From NCBI GenBank assembly GCA_051313645.2, contig JBNRSN020000005.1, positions 284,518,001 to 284,582,000 on the forward strand: 64,000 bases of DNA, given 5' to 3'. Of the stretch, positions 1-12,559 are shown piece by piece. The DNA comes from Centroscyllium fabricii. Lineage: Eukaryota. Numbering within the stretch: position 1 is the first letter of the stretch; each line of letters starts with the position of its first letter. The translations under genes were made by a program, and so were the position numbers. Under the pieces are notes generated by a model. The model saw only the letters and a list, made by a program, of their open reading frames with translations. It was not told the origin of the DNA and made no database searches.

Positions 1-590
1 AGTGATAGCCTTTATGTTTGCAGAAGATGTGAGGATTGTTATGCGGTGCCCGCAAAGCCACATGGGTGCAGTCAATGCTGCCCTGCACCATGGGGAATTC
101 TGCTATCCTGGCAAAGCCACATGCACGCTCGTTCTGCTTCTCTCTGGTGATTGGGAAAGAAATGTAGTCCTTTCTCATACTGTAGAGAGCCTCTGTGACC
201 ACCTGGATGCAGCGATGGACGGCGAACTGCGAAATGTTAACTATGTCTCCTGTTGCAGACTGAAAGGATCCACTGGAGAAGAAGTTGAGGGCGACGGTGA
301 TCTTGCTTGCCACTGAGCGAGCCATGGTCGCCCTGGAGGTCTCGTTGCAGGAGGTGGCAGAGTTTTGTGACCACCTCCTTGGTGAAGCGGAGCCTTCTAA
401 TACACTGCTCCTCGATTAATTGGAGGTAGGAGAAGTGCTGTCGGAAATACCATCAGAAGGTAAGACCTCCTGTTGAGAGCCCTGATTGCCCTCCTCCTCC
501 CTCTGGCCACATGTTCCAGTCTTTCTCGTTGTCGCCGCTCCCTCCACCATAGATCCTGGAGGGCGAGGTCGACTGCCAGTACAGCTCCCA
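1..590 (-). pseudogene. PIF/Harbinger (HARBI1-like) DDE transposase, degenerate, runs off the window start
   Basis: Minus-strand translation in broken frames gives EEQCIRRLRFTKEVV, KITVALNFFSSGSFQ and FPMVQGSIDCTHVALRAP...HKGYH, typical Harbinger transposase motifs. Confidence 0.85.
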
Positions 591-1089
591 TTAATGTAAC
601 CAAGCGTAGCATTTGATACTTTTTAAGAATAAATGTAACTCCTGATAAAAAAGAACCTTTAAATTCCTGAATTAAACTGTTGAGCAATGTCAAATTGACA
701 GGAAAGCACTGAAACTCCACTATCCTGACAGCTGTGACTCATTTCTTATGATCCCTTTAAATAATGTCCCTGGAACCGGCTTCCGCCTGCTTGATGCTTC
801 CTCTTCCTGTCGCTGTCTGGCCGAGGTGCTAAGGTAGGTGGCAAAGATGAATTTTGCAGCTCGTGCACCCACTGCCATTAAGATCTGCCTGGCATTGAAG
901 TCCCCGGTAGTAACTCATACCGGCAGTGCAATGGGGGGTCCGGATTTACTGTGCGTCACTGGATTCTCCTCGCCCCGGCGCTACTGACTTTTTCCCCCAT
1001 GACCTCGGATGACTGAACAAAGACCATCCAAACCTATTGCTCTTCCCACCCCTGCATCATCACCTCAAGAGTCCCCTCAAATGCCCTTC

Positions 1090-1960
1090 CATGGCCTCTT
1101 CCTTATCTACATGCTGCCCCTTGGCAACACCACTAAAAGCCACAGGGTCAACTTTCCCAGGTATGCCAGTGACACTCAGGCCTGCCTCTCCATCACCTGT
1201 CTTGATGCCTACACTGCCTCTGTGCTGTCAGAGTTCTTGTCTGACATCCAATCTTGGATAATCAGGCTGTAATTTCCACCAGCTAAACATTGGGAAGAGC
1301 AAAGCCATAATCTTTGGCCTTTGCCACAAACTCTGCACCCTTGCCACTGACCCCATCCCTTCCATGGTTACTGTTTCACACTGAATCAGACTGTTTGCAA
1401 CGTGTTTGACTCTGAGCTGAATTCCTCACCTCCTATTCTTTCCATCTCAAAGACTACCTACTTCTACCTCTGTAGTATCTCTCGCCTCTACCTCTACCAC
1501 AGCCCATCAGCTGTGAAACCATCATTCATATCTTTGTCACCTCCGTCCTCAATGCCTCCAAATATTTATGGATGCACTCCAATCCGCCACCCTCCTTAAA
1601 CCTTAGCGTATCCAAATCTCTGTTGCCCATATCCTATCCCTCACCCATCACACCTATGCTTGATGTAATAAAGACTTACCAAGCTCTTGGTGAACATAAA
1701 GCAAGGCTTTATTCAACTTATAACACAATATAAAGAGAGAGAGAGAGCTAGTTTACAGTCACTAGCCTCCTGGTTCCAGATTGTCTCTGTCCAAGGTGGG
1801 CCCAGGCCCCAGTATTTATACTCCCTGGTTGGCGCCTTCAGTTGGCCAACCAGTAACTCTTCCTAGGATGTTTCGGAAGTCGTGTTTTACGACAATGCTC
1901 ACATTGACTTCCTTTCCCCATGTCTCAAATTTAAAATTCTCACCATTGTGTTCAAATCCC
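1090..1960 (+). mobile_element. Decayed L2-type LINE reverse transcriptase remnant, interrupted by a solo LTR
   Basis: LFLIYMLPLGN...VNFPRYASDTQ is a degenerate YADDTQLY motif, followed by LSDIQSW. Boundaries approximate. Confidence 0.7.
1661..1894 (-). mobile_element. Solo LTR (234 bp)
   Basis: TG...CA termini, exact 5-bp TSD ATGCT (1656-1660, 1895-1899), and TATAAATA followed by AATAAA on the minus strand. Confidence 0.8.
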
Positions 1961-1999
1961 CCCGTGACCTCACCCCTCAATAATGCGTCGGGTCATGTT

Positions 2000-2072
2000 C
2001 AGCGCACCAGAAAAATCTTTCGGTTTTCAGAGCTTTTCGGTTTTTGGAATTGCGGATAAGGGGTTGGATACC
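2000..2072. mobile_element. Truncated end of the MITE family seen complete at 40470-41079
   Basis: ttcggttttcagagcttttcggtttttggaattgcggataagggg closely matches the right end of the MITE at about 41023-41079. Confidence 0.65.
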
Positions 2073-3459
2073 ATCATATTTACCCATTGTCATAGTAGGT
2101 GAGTAGCTGCTAACTCTTGTTTGAGTGACTACAATAAAGGTAGCTATCTTTTATTGTTATTCTGCCTGTTCCACTCAGTGCACTTTGTGGTGATTTAGTT
2201 TCCATCGATTTTCTTGGAGCAGTCAGGATCCGTTGTCTCAACTATTGTTGGTTGCGTTGGTCTGGAAGAATGTCTGCATTCAATTCCTGGTAGTAGAGAG
2301 GCAGCTAGGTGCCTTTGCACCCTAGTGGGAAAATGTAGGGACACTTTTATCTGGCCAGCAGAACCAAATGTGAAAATGAATTGTGGACTGAATCTGAAAG
2401 TGAATCCAGAAGAAAAGCAAGTTTTCATTACTAGCTGGTATGATATTGGAAATTACATAGACTTTATACATTATAACGCATTCTAATCACTGTTTCAATT
2501 ATATTGATATTAATATTGCTGTTTCAATTTCTCAGGGCTAAAATAAAGAGCATATCACAAGTTTAAATAAAAATAATAGTATCAATACATTGTGATATAA
2601 ATCAAATGCAATTTGATGGACCCTTTTTCCTGCATTACACTGCATATAACAGGATGACCTTTTTAAGATATTTACAGAATGCTATTAATAAAAGTGCCTA
2701 TAACTTTATCCAATATACTTATAGAGGCAGAATGTCAATGCCATATCTTTAAAAATGTCAGCGTCAAAGTTAGCTTTTTTCCGCTTTTGTCATCCTACTC
2801 TTCAGTTCTGTGGCTCTTTTCCCTGCCATTTTGAAGATGTAGAAAATGTAATTTTATAACCCATAATATATATCAAACTCATGCTGCATTCCCACAAGGT
2901 TATCTGATGAATGTCATTCCAATCCTTTACAATAAATTCTCCATGGGAAACAGAATAGAAGAAATACAAAGAAATGGTGAACTACAGTAAGAAAGATTCA
3001 TAAAAAGGAACAGATCAAAATGTGCATAATTATTTGAAAAATAAGAGGAAGAGTTGCAGTGACCATAATACATCAATATCCAAAATCTACTGGTACTGGT
3101 GTGTGCACTGTGAATATTGTTAATTCAGTGCAATTTGGATAAAAGACTATTGATCTTTAGGCCTGGGGTCTGGGAGCAGAGGAGTTGCTGAAGCTGGAAC
3201 TGGGCAGCACTGAGTGGGGAGAATGGGAACTTGCAGGCAGAGGACCCAGGACATGAGAGCGCAGAATCGAAGCGCATGATAGGAGCGGCCAAATCCAGGC
3301 CCAGGATGTCTGGGGGAGGGAGGGCAGAGTGTGTATCCAGAACATAGGAAGAGCAGATATGATAGCAAAATACTGTGGATGCTGGAAATCCGAAATAACA
3401 ACAGAAAACACTAAAAAAACTCAGCAGGCCAGGGCCGCATCGGTGGAGAGAGTAACATC

Positions 3460-3819
3460 GGGGTCAATTTTCCTGACGGTGTGGGAAATGGGTGGAAGCC
3501 CCACTGGTCACTCTATCTTCCCGCTTTCTGAAGGGTGTGGAAGCCCCACGCAATTTTGGCTTAATTGGCCAATTAAGTCCCCGAGTGTGGGAAGATCCTG
3601 GCAATTGATTCAGTTTACACAGAAAGTGGGCGGGCTTTGGATGGTGTCAGCTGCAGAGCCGGTGTTTGGCAGATCTGCTGTTTTGCTTTCTGTGGTTTGA
3701 GGGCTTTGTGAGGTCACAATGGAATGTAAACAGGTGTAATCACAACTCTCAGAGTGACAGTTTAACTAGGCTGGCTCTGTTGTTTGTGGTTTCAGTGGAA
3801 TGTTAGCAGAAACTGACCC
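3460..3819. mobile_element. Harbinger-type MITE
   Basis: Terminal inverted repeats gggtcaattttc ... gaaactgaccc. Confidence 0.55.
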
Positions 3820-3838
3820 ACTGGATGATTGGCGTTTC

Positions 3839-3875
3839 AGTTCTGACGAAAGGTCTTCGACCTGAAATGTTAACT
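3839..3875 (+). ncRNA. Minimal type I hammerhead ribozyme motif (Penelope-type)
   Basis: AGUU-CUGACGA-A-[AGGUC uuc GACCU]-GAAA-UGUU-AACU: intact catalytic core, 5-bp stem II, 4-bp stem I and a near-palindromic short stem III. Confidence 0.7.
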
Positions 3876-4228
3876 CTGTTTCTCTCTCCACCGATGCTGC
3901 CTGGCCTGCTGAGTTTTTCCAGCGTTTTCTGTTGTTCTATAAGAAGAGCAGAATCTGAGCCCTGGATGTGGGAGTGACAGAGATCAGGCCTGGGAAGTGG
4001 GAATGGCTGAGACGGTGCCTAATCAATTGTATTATGAAACATACATGTAAAAATCTGCAACAGAATAACTTAAATGCAATATAAATTTACAGTGCACTTC
4101 ACAAAATTGTTATTGTTTTGTTGGAGTGAGGTGATGATCTGAGTTCAAGTTGGTTTCTCTCAATCATGGCTATTGCATTGCAGCGCTGGTATTTACATAT
4201 GGAGTTTAGTGCTTTTCTACGATCTTCG

Positions 4229-4315
4229 CACAGATAGTCACCTGAGGCCGGATTTGAACCCGGGTCCCTGGCACTGTGAGGCAACAGTGCTAACCACTAT
4301 GCCACCGTACCGCCC
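4229..4315 (-). mobile_element. HE1/V-SINE 5' (tRNA head) fragment
   Basis: Reverse complement of the tRNA-like head (box A tagtggtt, box B ggttcaaatcc) of the SINE at 4347. Confidence 0.8.
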
Positions 4316-4346
4316 TAAGAATCATAGAATCCCTACAGTTCAGATA

Positions 4347-4668
4347 GCGGCATGGTGGTATAGTGGTTAGCACAGTTGCCTCCCAGCGCTAGGAGCCCGG
4401 GTTCAAATCCGGCCTCGGGTGGCTATCTGTGTGGAGTTTGCACATTCTCCCCGTGTCGGCGTGGGTTTCCTCCGGGTGCTCCGGTTTCCGCCCACAGTCC
4501 AAAGATGTGCGGGTTAGGTTGATTGGCCAGGATAAAATTGACCCTTAGTGTTAGGGGGATTAAATATGTGGGGGTTACAGAAATAGGGTGGGATATGTGT
4601 CGGTGCAGGCTCGATGGGCCGAAATGGCCTCTATCTGCACTGTAGCGATTCTATGATTCTATGATTCT
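4347..4668 (+). mobile_element. HE1-like V-SINE, nearly full length
   Basis: tRNA head with A and B boxes, V-domain gtggagtttgcacattctccccgtg...gggtttcctccgggtgctccggtttcc, and a LINE-type tail ending in gattctat repeats. Confidence 0.88.
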
Positions 4669-6340
4669 CTTCCAGAGGATGATGATTCCTATCTGCAAGA
4701 GATCATTTTCAGAGAGTATTTTACTTTATAGCAGGGTTCCAGTAACTGATCAGTAATTCAAATGTGGTTGCAGAAGTGGAGTCTAATGAGAAAGCAAAGA
4801 ATCATTAGTAGTGAGGAGGTCAGCACTAAGAGAAGAAGACTAAGGTTACATATTGTGGAGAGGTCTGAGAAGCTGTGGATGCACAGGGGCTTAAAATAAC
4901 AATCGTCAAAGCCCAGTTCTGGAAATGGAACAGAGAGTGTAGCCTCATATTGTTATATATTGGTATAGTCTGCACTCCCCTTAAGGGCTGTGGCACTTGG
5001 AATGTTCCATCCCCAAAGCATGCTGGATAACCCCAGCATGTTAGTGTGTTGTGTAATGGCTGCTACTGAATAAACAAGTCGACGTCCTATGAGGCTCTGT
5101 GTGATCTTTCTCCTCAGCCCACGATATAACACATATGGAGAAGGTTGTTTGAGGCTATTGGAAAAAGAGCTAGGTACGATTTTTTTCATCAGAATTCTTT
5201 AGTTTCATGTGATGATTATGTTCAAAATTTTATTTTTAGGATTGGCTGTAATAGGAAACCAACATGGCCATTTCAAAGGACATAGAAAATTCTTTTTCAG
5301 GGAATTGATTGGTCGCTTTTGTGGTGGTTGCTGCTTGCTCATTGGTTTCGATGCAATGGACACTTTTGCCTTATGGATGCGTTCCAGATGCAAAACTTTT
5401 AATGATGTAGATTTTATTCTGTTCTAATTCAATGCATTTGATAGCATGGGATTGGCAGGTAAGTGACTGGATTTTGATTTTAATTGAATTTTCAGCACAT
5501 TCATAATTGATACTTTTAATACATAACTCAATCAGGATAAAGCCAGAGCAACTCAAGAAGGCATGTCACTGAGTATGATAATTCACTTACTATATGAATC
5601 TGTGTTAAGGAACCAGACTAATCTACATTTTTTTCAATATCACTGGGCCCACAATATTATACATCAGAGTTTCCATATTGTATGATGACCTAAAATGAGA
5701 GCGTGGCTATGATAATTCAGTCATGGAATCCTGCAGACTTTGTGGTACAAATAACTGCTGTTATACACATTAAGGACTTTGAGTGCAAAGTTTTAAAAAA
5801 TTCACACATTCAACATCAATTTTTAAAATGTTTTAAATCCAAAGAAGTAAAATTAAATTTGGCATGGCATCAAATCCATTTGTACAGTTCTTTTTAATTA
5901 AAAATGCAGCCCTTGCTATCAAAATTTAGAGAAGAGCCTTCATCTTCCATTCCTTTGAGAACCCGAGTCTAAAAAATTATGATAATATCATATTGCCTAA
6001 CAGCTTTTTTCAGCAGAGTCAGTTTTCATGGGAAATCGTGGTAGCTAGTCAATCAAGGTACATTTTAAATAGTCAATAACCATAGCCTAGAAATTACTGT
6101 CTGTGTGGTCTTTGAGGGTTAACTGTAGGTTACTAAAGGTTTTGGGGGGAATTTACTCCAGCTGGTTTATACACAATTTTTCTGTTTCCATTCTGTGGGC
6201 TGAAATGTTGGCTTTTTCTCCTGCGTAATGGGCGAACCAATGTTGAGGGAACAGCAGTAATCCTGCAAATCAGCTGTGAGCTACAATTAGAAGGCAGTTA
6301 AGCACCTGAAATAGCAGTGCGAAGGCAAAGACAGCTGTTT

Positions 6341-6646
6341 ATAGAATCATAGAATCCTGACAGTGGAGACAGAGGCCATTTCGGCCCATCAAGCCTGCAC
6401 CGACACATATCCCACCCTATCCCCGTAACCCCACATATTTAATCCCCCTAACACGAAGGGTCAATTTATCATGGCCAATCAACCTAATCCGCACATCTTT
6501 GGATTGTGGGAGGAAACCGGAGCACCCGGAGGAAACCCACGCAGACACGGGGAGAATGTGCAAACTCCACACAGATAGTCACCCGAGGCCGGATTTGAAC
6601 CCGGGCCCCTAGCGCTGTGAGGCAACAGTGCTAACCACTAGTCACC
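6341..6646 (-). mobile_element. HE1-like V-SINE
   Basis: Reverse-complement copy of the same family as 4347-4668. Confidence 0.88.
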
Positions 6647-8349
6647 AAATTGCTGCAGAATTGTACATTATTAAGCAAGAATAAACTGTTTGGTCGGTCA
6701 GATGCTGCAAACCCTTCTACAAGGACTTGGGAAGAGCCAAATACACAATTTACGAGTCTGATGGCTACTGCTTCCCCCAGAACTACATGGTGCACCAGGC
6801 ATGGGGAAAATAGCTTCAAGTATTCAACACCAACCAATCGCCACAGTCTCATCTATTACTTGAGTTACATGCAAGACCCTCGCAAGACAGCCAAGGGAGG
6901 TCCCAGACCAACAGAACCCCAGCAAGCTGACCGTGAAATCCAGCAGCTAGCCAATGCACTTACATCTTGCGCAAGAGATTCAATTAAAATGAATAGCAGG
7001 TTAGGTGTCGCACATCTGCAACAAAGAACAAGCACCAAAGGGCAGCATTGTGCCAACGTGAACCTCCACCTTTCACATGATACATAATAGAGGGAAATAA
7101 TGTATCGCATTTCACTTGAACCATATGTTGAACCTTTTTTTGTCTTTGGTTACAATATAGAAGGAGGTCAGGATAAGATGGCAATAGGTTGTATTTGAAA
7201 AACTGAGCATAAATGTGTGGAACAAGGTGGTTTGGGCATATTACATAAGAACATAAGAAATAGGAGCAGGAGTAAGCCATTCGGCCCTTCGAGCCTGCTC
7301 CGTCATTCAATAAGATCATGGCTGATCTATCTCATCTCCACTTTCCTGCATAATCTCCCATATCCCTTGATTCCCTTAATATCCAAAAATCTATCGATCT
7401 CTGTCTTGAATATTCTCAACAACTGAGCCTCCACAGCCCTCTGGGGTAGAGAATTCCAAAGATTCACCACCCTCTGGGTGAAGAAATTTCTCTTCACCTC
7501 AGTCCTAAATGGTCGACCTCTTATTCTGAGACCATGACCTCTGGTTCTAGACTCCCCAGTGAGGGGAAATATCCTCCCTGCAGCTACCCTGTCAAGCCCT
7601 GTAAGGATTTTGTATGTTTCCAATGAGATCACCTCTCATTCCGCTAAACTCTAGAGAATATAGGCCTAGTCTACTCAACCTCTCCTCATAGGACAATCCT
7701 CCCATCCCAGGAACCAGTCTGGTGAACTTTCATGACATTCCCTCAATAGCAAATATATCCTTGCTCAGGTAATGAAACCAAAACTGTGCTCAATACTCCA
7801 GGTGTAGTCTCACTAGGGCCCTATATAATTGCAGTAAGATGTCTTTACTCTTATACTCAAATACTCTTGTAATAAAGATGAACATATAATTCCCTTTCCT
7901 AATTACTTGCTGTACCTGCATGTTAACTTTCAGTGATTCTTGTACAAGGACACCCAGGTCCTTCTGAACACCAACATTTCCCAATCTCTCACCATTTAAA
8001 AAATACTCTGCTTTTCTATTTTTCCCACCAAAGTGGATAACTTCACATTTCTCCACATTTTATTCCATCCGCCATGTTCTTGCCCACTCACTTAGCCTAT
8101 CTATATCCCCTTGAAGCCTCCTTGCATCCTCCTCACAACTTACATTTCCACCCAGCTTTGTATCAACAGCAAATTGGATATATTACATTTGGTCCCTTCA
8201 TCCAAATCATTGATGTAGATTGTGAATAGCTGAAACCCAATCACTGATCCTTCCGGTACCCCACTAGTTTAGCCTGCCAACCCGAAAATGACCTGTTTAT
8301 TCCTACTTTCTGTTTTCTGTCCATTAACCAATCCTCAATCCATACTAAT

Positions 8350-9110
8350 GGCCCAGAAATTAGGCCCGCAACGCATGAGTACGGATGGTGTACTCACGCG
8401 TCGGGCCATCAGAATTGTCGGTTTCTGGCATGCACCATGCATGCGCGCGAAATCGGCAATTCCGATCACCTGTCAGAAGGGGTCAGGAGCCGGAGCACAT
8501 TGCATGTACGCCAGGGGGCTGTGCAATGCACTTCCGATTTTTTTCTCCCTTTTTTATCAGGGTAAGTATCGGGAAAGTTACGGCTGATATTTTCATCCGT
8601 AAAGACCCCTTTTCATCAGGTAAGTTTATTTAATTCAATTTAAACATTTTTTTTCCACAGGTCTTTCATTTATAAAAACTTTAAAGACAGGTAAGTTGAT
8701 TTGTAGCCCCATTAAAGACTTTAATTATTTTTTCAAAATTTTTAATTGTTGTTTAAAATAACTTTATTGTGTCATGTATAGTTATTTTTAAAAATGTGAT
8801 TTAAAAAAAAAATATTTTATGGTTTAGTGTGGTTTTGGGGCTGTAGTAAATCATAAGTTTGACAGCTCTTCCTGTCAAACTTATCAATGGAGCATTCTTT
8901 GCTCCGATTGGCTCCCCGCGGACCACGTGATCCCGCGGGAAGCTTCGCACTATCCCTGACGTTAAGATGCGGCAGTGCGGCGCGGGGCCCTCTCAGCAGG
9001 CTCCTGGATCGGGATTTCATGATGGTGGAATCGGGAATGGCAGGCGCGCTCCGTAAGTGTGGGTTGGAGACTTGCACTCACGGGAAACCTCCAACCCGAA
9101 TTTCTGGCCC
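8350..9110. mobile_element. Harbinger-type MITE inserted in CR1
   Basis: TIRs ggcccagaaatt / aatttctggccc, 3-bp TSD AAT, and CR1 sequence is contiguous across the insert. Confidence 0.8.
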
Positions 9111-9725
9111 AATTATATTACTCCCCAATCCCATAAGCCCTAATTTTGTTTAATAATCTCTTGTGTGGCACTTTATCGAATGCCTGTTGAAAATCCAACT
9201 ACACCACATCCACTGGTTCCCCCTTATCTATTCTGCTAGCTACAACCTCAAAAAAACTCTCAACAGATTCGTCAAATACGATTTCCCTGTCACAAATCCG
9301 TGTTGACTCTGCCCAATTCTATTATTATTTTCTAAGTGCCCTGTTACCAAGTCCTTAATAATAGATTCTAACATTTTCCCTACTACTGATGCCAGGCTAA
9401 CTGGTCTGCAGTTCCCCGTTTTCTCTCTCCCTCCTTTCTTAAATAGTGGGGTTACATTTCAATTCACAGGAACCATTATAGAATCTATGCAATTTTGGAA
9501 AATGACAACCAATGCATCCCCTATCTCTATAGCCATCTCTTTCAAAACCCTAGGAAGCAGGCCATCACATCCATGAGATTTATCATCATTCAGTCACATT
9601 CATTTCTCCAGTACTATTTTTTTACTAATACTAATTTCTGTCAGTTCCCCATTCTCGCTAGACCCTTGGTTCTCTACTATTTCCAGGATATTTTTTGTGT
9701 CTTCTTCCGTGAAGATAGACACAAA

Positions 9726-10648
9726 CACTGCTTTTCTCAGCGGTGTCGGGATGGGGGTGGGTCAGCTGGTTTGTGGGTTCCGGTCCCATCCCCAACTGCC
9801 TTCACCCTGCAGATGTGATTTTCCCTTGATTGGCCTTTTTAAGCCTGCCCTGTGAAATCTCTTTTTCAAAAAGTGCCCCTTATTGGACAGATCTGAGCGC
9901 ACATTGCCTGTGAAATGTCTTATTGAGTTCTAGTGATTGTCCAGATTAACTCCCCCACCGCCGCTATGGTGATGAGTGTGAATGTAATGACTTGGATATT
10001 AAAGGGATGCTTCACGGTGTTGGTGTGGGATGGTGTCAACCTGGCAATCGGTTTACAGCATTAAGGGAAGAAAGTCTGGCCATGATGATGTCATCACAAT
10101 TTTGTCAGGGGATGATGCCCTGTGTCCAGTGCAGCATCAGGTGATGGCGGCAAAGGTTGGTGATGTTGGTGTTGGGGATGATTGTGGAAGGATTCGGAGG
10201 ACCAAGGTCTGATTGTTTCATTGGCTCCGATGTTGCTGGAATAGATGGCAGCTGCAGGTGAGATGCTTTGCTCTGAAACTCACCGTGTGCAACATGGCAT
10301 CTTTGACACCACTTCTGCAGCTGTCATCTTTTCCCAAACATCAGTCCAGACTCACAACATGCCACACTTACCTGGAATGTTGTCTGGATGTCATAAAACC
10401 CAACCCAAAAGCTGGAAAATCAAGACCCTGAAAATTGCTCACAAGTACCTGTTAATAGGCAATTAATTGCCTTTAATCCATTTCCCAACGCTGGGTGTTG
10501 GGTCCATTCACAAATTGGGGACCCGACACTTGCAAAGGTTGTGTGGAGGTGGGATGGTGGCGGGTTCAGAACCTGCCAACAATCAAAATAACTTTAACCT
10601 CTGACCCACCTCCAAACCCGCCCTCTGAGCGCCAGCAAAATCGCAGCC
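9726..10648. mobile_element. Non-autonomous Harbinger-like insertion in CR1
   Basis: CR1 resumes across the insert (gacacaaa | aaagtattt). Right end aaaatcgcagcc resembles the family TIR; left TIR is degenerate. Confidence 0.55.
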
Positions 10649-11611
10649 AAAGTATTTGATAATTTCTCTGCCATTTCCTTATTCCCCATTATAATTTCTC
10701 CTGTCTCAGCCTGTAAGGGACCCATATTTACTTTTGCTAATCTTTTCCTTTTTATATACCTATAGAAGTTTTTACAGTCAGTTTTTATGTTTCTCACTAG
10801 TTTGTCCTCATATTCCATTTTCCCTTTATTTATCAATTTCTTGGTCCTCCTTTGCTAAATTCAAAAATCCTCCCAATCCTCAGGCTTACTATTCTTTTTG
10901 GCAACATTATAAGCCTCTTCCTTTGATATAATAATACCTTTAACTTCTCTTGTTAGCCATGGTCGGACCACTTTTCCTGTGGGGTTTTTGTGCCTTAAAG
11001 GAATGTATATTAGTTGTAAATTATGTATTAATTCTTTAAATGCTAGTCATTGCTTCTCTACTGTCATGCCTTTTAATGTAGTTTCCTAATCTACCTTAAG
11101 CAGTTCGCCCCTCATGCCTACATATATTTAGGAGGTGTTGTTTGCCATTATGGGAAATAATGTAACTATAGCACATCCTGGAAGAATTTTGAACACCAGT
11201 GTTCCTTGCTACATTGCTGGTACCAATGCTAATTATGCATTGGCATTTTTAGCTTCTTATTCTGCACCGCTTCACCATTCTGACCATTGAAGTGGACGCT
11301 GAGATCTCTTTTCAGGGAGGAGTTCTCAGCATGCAGAAGATAGCAATTATTTTGGAAGCCCTAGGAATTGTGAAGTATATGTGAAGTATGCTTAGTGGTA
11401 CCAATGGTACGTTTGACAATTCTGTTTTTTTTTAATTCAGTCATGGGATGTGGACATCGCCGGCAAGGCCAGCATTTATTTCCCATCACTAATTGCCCTC
11501 GAGATGGCGGTGATGAGCCACCTTCTTGAATATATAGCAACTGAGTGGCTGGCTGGGCCATTTCAGAGGGCAGTTAAGAGGCCACCACATTGCTGTGGGT
11601 CTGCAATTGCA

Positions 11612-11939
11612 TATGTGACTCGGCCAACATTGTCTACCTCATACGTTGCAGGAAAGGATGCCCCGGAGCATGGTACATCGGCAAGACCATGCAGACACTG
11701 CAACAACAGATGAACAGACACCGCATAACAATCGCCAGAAAGGAGGGTTCCCTCCCAGTCCCTGGGGAACAGTTCAGCAGTCAAGGACATTCAGCCTCAG
11801 ATCTTTGGCTAAGCATTCTCGAAGGCGGCATTCGAGACACACGACAAGCAAAATCGTCGAGCAGAAACTGATAGCCAAGTTCCACACTCATGAGGACGGC
11901 CTCAACTGGGATCCTGGATTCATGTCACGCTACATGTAA
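11612..11939 (+). pseudogene. Penelope-like element GIY-YIG endonuclease C-terminus (frameshifted)
   Basis: CDSANIVYLIRCRKGCPGAWYIGKT...HR...EQKLIAKFHTHEDGLN: GIY-YIG motif with the Cys/His pattern and terminal GLN of Penelope elements. Confidence 0.88.
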
Positions 11940-12156
11940 CCCCACCTGACGTAGAGTCATCCAGACTCGAGTCGTCGTTGGCTTGTTCTCTCTGCACAGA
12001 TGTGGCTGGACCTGCTGTGATTTCCAGCAAAACATTTTCTTTTTCATTTTATTTTTTAATGCTTACAGACCCCAGCATGTGCAACATTTGACCCCTTGTG
12101 ACCCCACCTTATTGTTCTCTGACTATATATGCTGTGCCTTTATGCATCTCTTCACT

Positions 12157-12193
12157 TCACCTGACGAAGGAGCAGTGCTCCGAAAGCTTGTGA
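12157..12193 (+). ncRNA. Minimal type I hammerhead ribozyme in the Penelope 3' repeat
   Basis: UCAC-CUGACGA-A-[GGAGC agu GCUCC]-GAAA-GCUU-GUGA: perfect stems I and II, palindromic AGCU stem III, AATAAA shortly downstream. Confidence 0.82.
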
Positions 12194-12559
12194 TTTCAAA
12201 TAAAACTGTTGGACTATAACCTGGTGTTGTGTGACTTCTTACAATAGACCATGTAATGACAGCAGATTTTCTTCCCTAAAGGACATTAGTGAACCAGATG
12301 GGTTTTTACAACAATTCTGTAGTTTCATGGTCACCATTACTGATACTAGCTTTTTATTCCAGATTTATTTACTTGGAATTTAAATTCCCCAGCTGCCGTG
12401 GTGGGATTTGAACTCATTTGAACTCACCGGATCATTAGACCAGGCCTCTGGATTATTAGTACCAGTAACATAACCACTGTGCTACTGTACCCCATAGCAT
12501 GAGCCCATCAGTTTGCTTTGATCCATGATTGGCACATGGTAGGAGAGTCTTGATCTTAT

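Larger units (their letters stand above)
3358..3938. mobile_element. Penelope-derived element with inverted arms, carrying a hammerhead motif and an inserted MITE
   Basis: About 3394-3457 is the reverse complement of about 3877-3936. Flanked by near-identical 14-bp direct repeats ataggaagagcaga (3344-3357) and ataagaagagcaga (3939-3952). Confidence 0.7.
7243..11120 (-). mobile_element. CR1 LINE, 5'-truncated, interrupted by two DNA-transposon derivatives
   Basis: Broken ORF2 peptides EKCEVIHFGGKN, LYRALVRLHLEY, RTRGHGLRIRGRPFRTEVKRNFFTQRVVNLWNSLP and KNFYRYIKRKR; 3' tail repeat acataaga at 7243. Confidence 0.9.
11425..12490 (-). mobile_element. tRNA-derived SINE with a LINE-like tail, split by a Penelope fragment
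   Basis: Minus-strand head with cagtggtt and gagttcaaat boxes at about 12400-12490; A-rich 3' end at about 11425-11432. Confidence 0.7.

Noticed and set aside
4347-4420. tRNA gene
   Set aside because: A and B boxes belong to a SINE head followed by a V-domain and LINE tail.
5100-5465. Small exons or a CCAAT-box promoter
   Set aside because: Several AG/GT sites and ATTGG motifs occur, but there is no coherent reading frame or other support.
6650-7087. 145-aa ORF as a host gene
   Set aside because: No recognisable domain, non-ATG start, and wedged between a SINE and a CR1; possibly old repeat debris.
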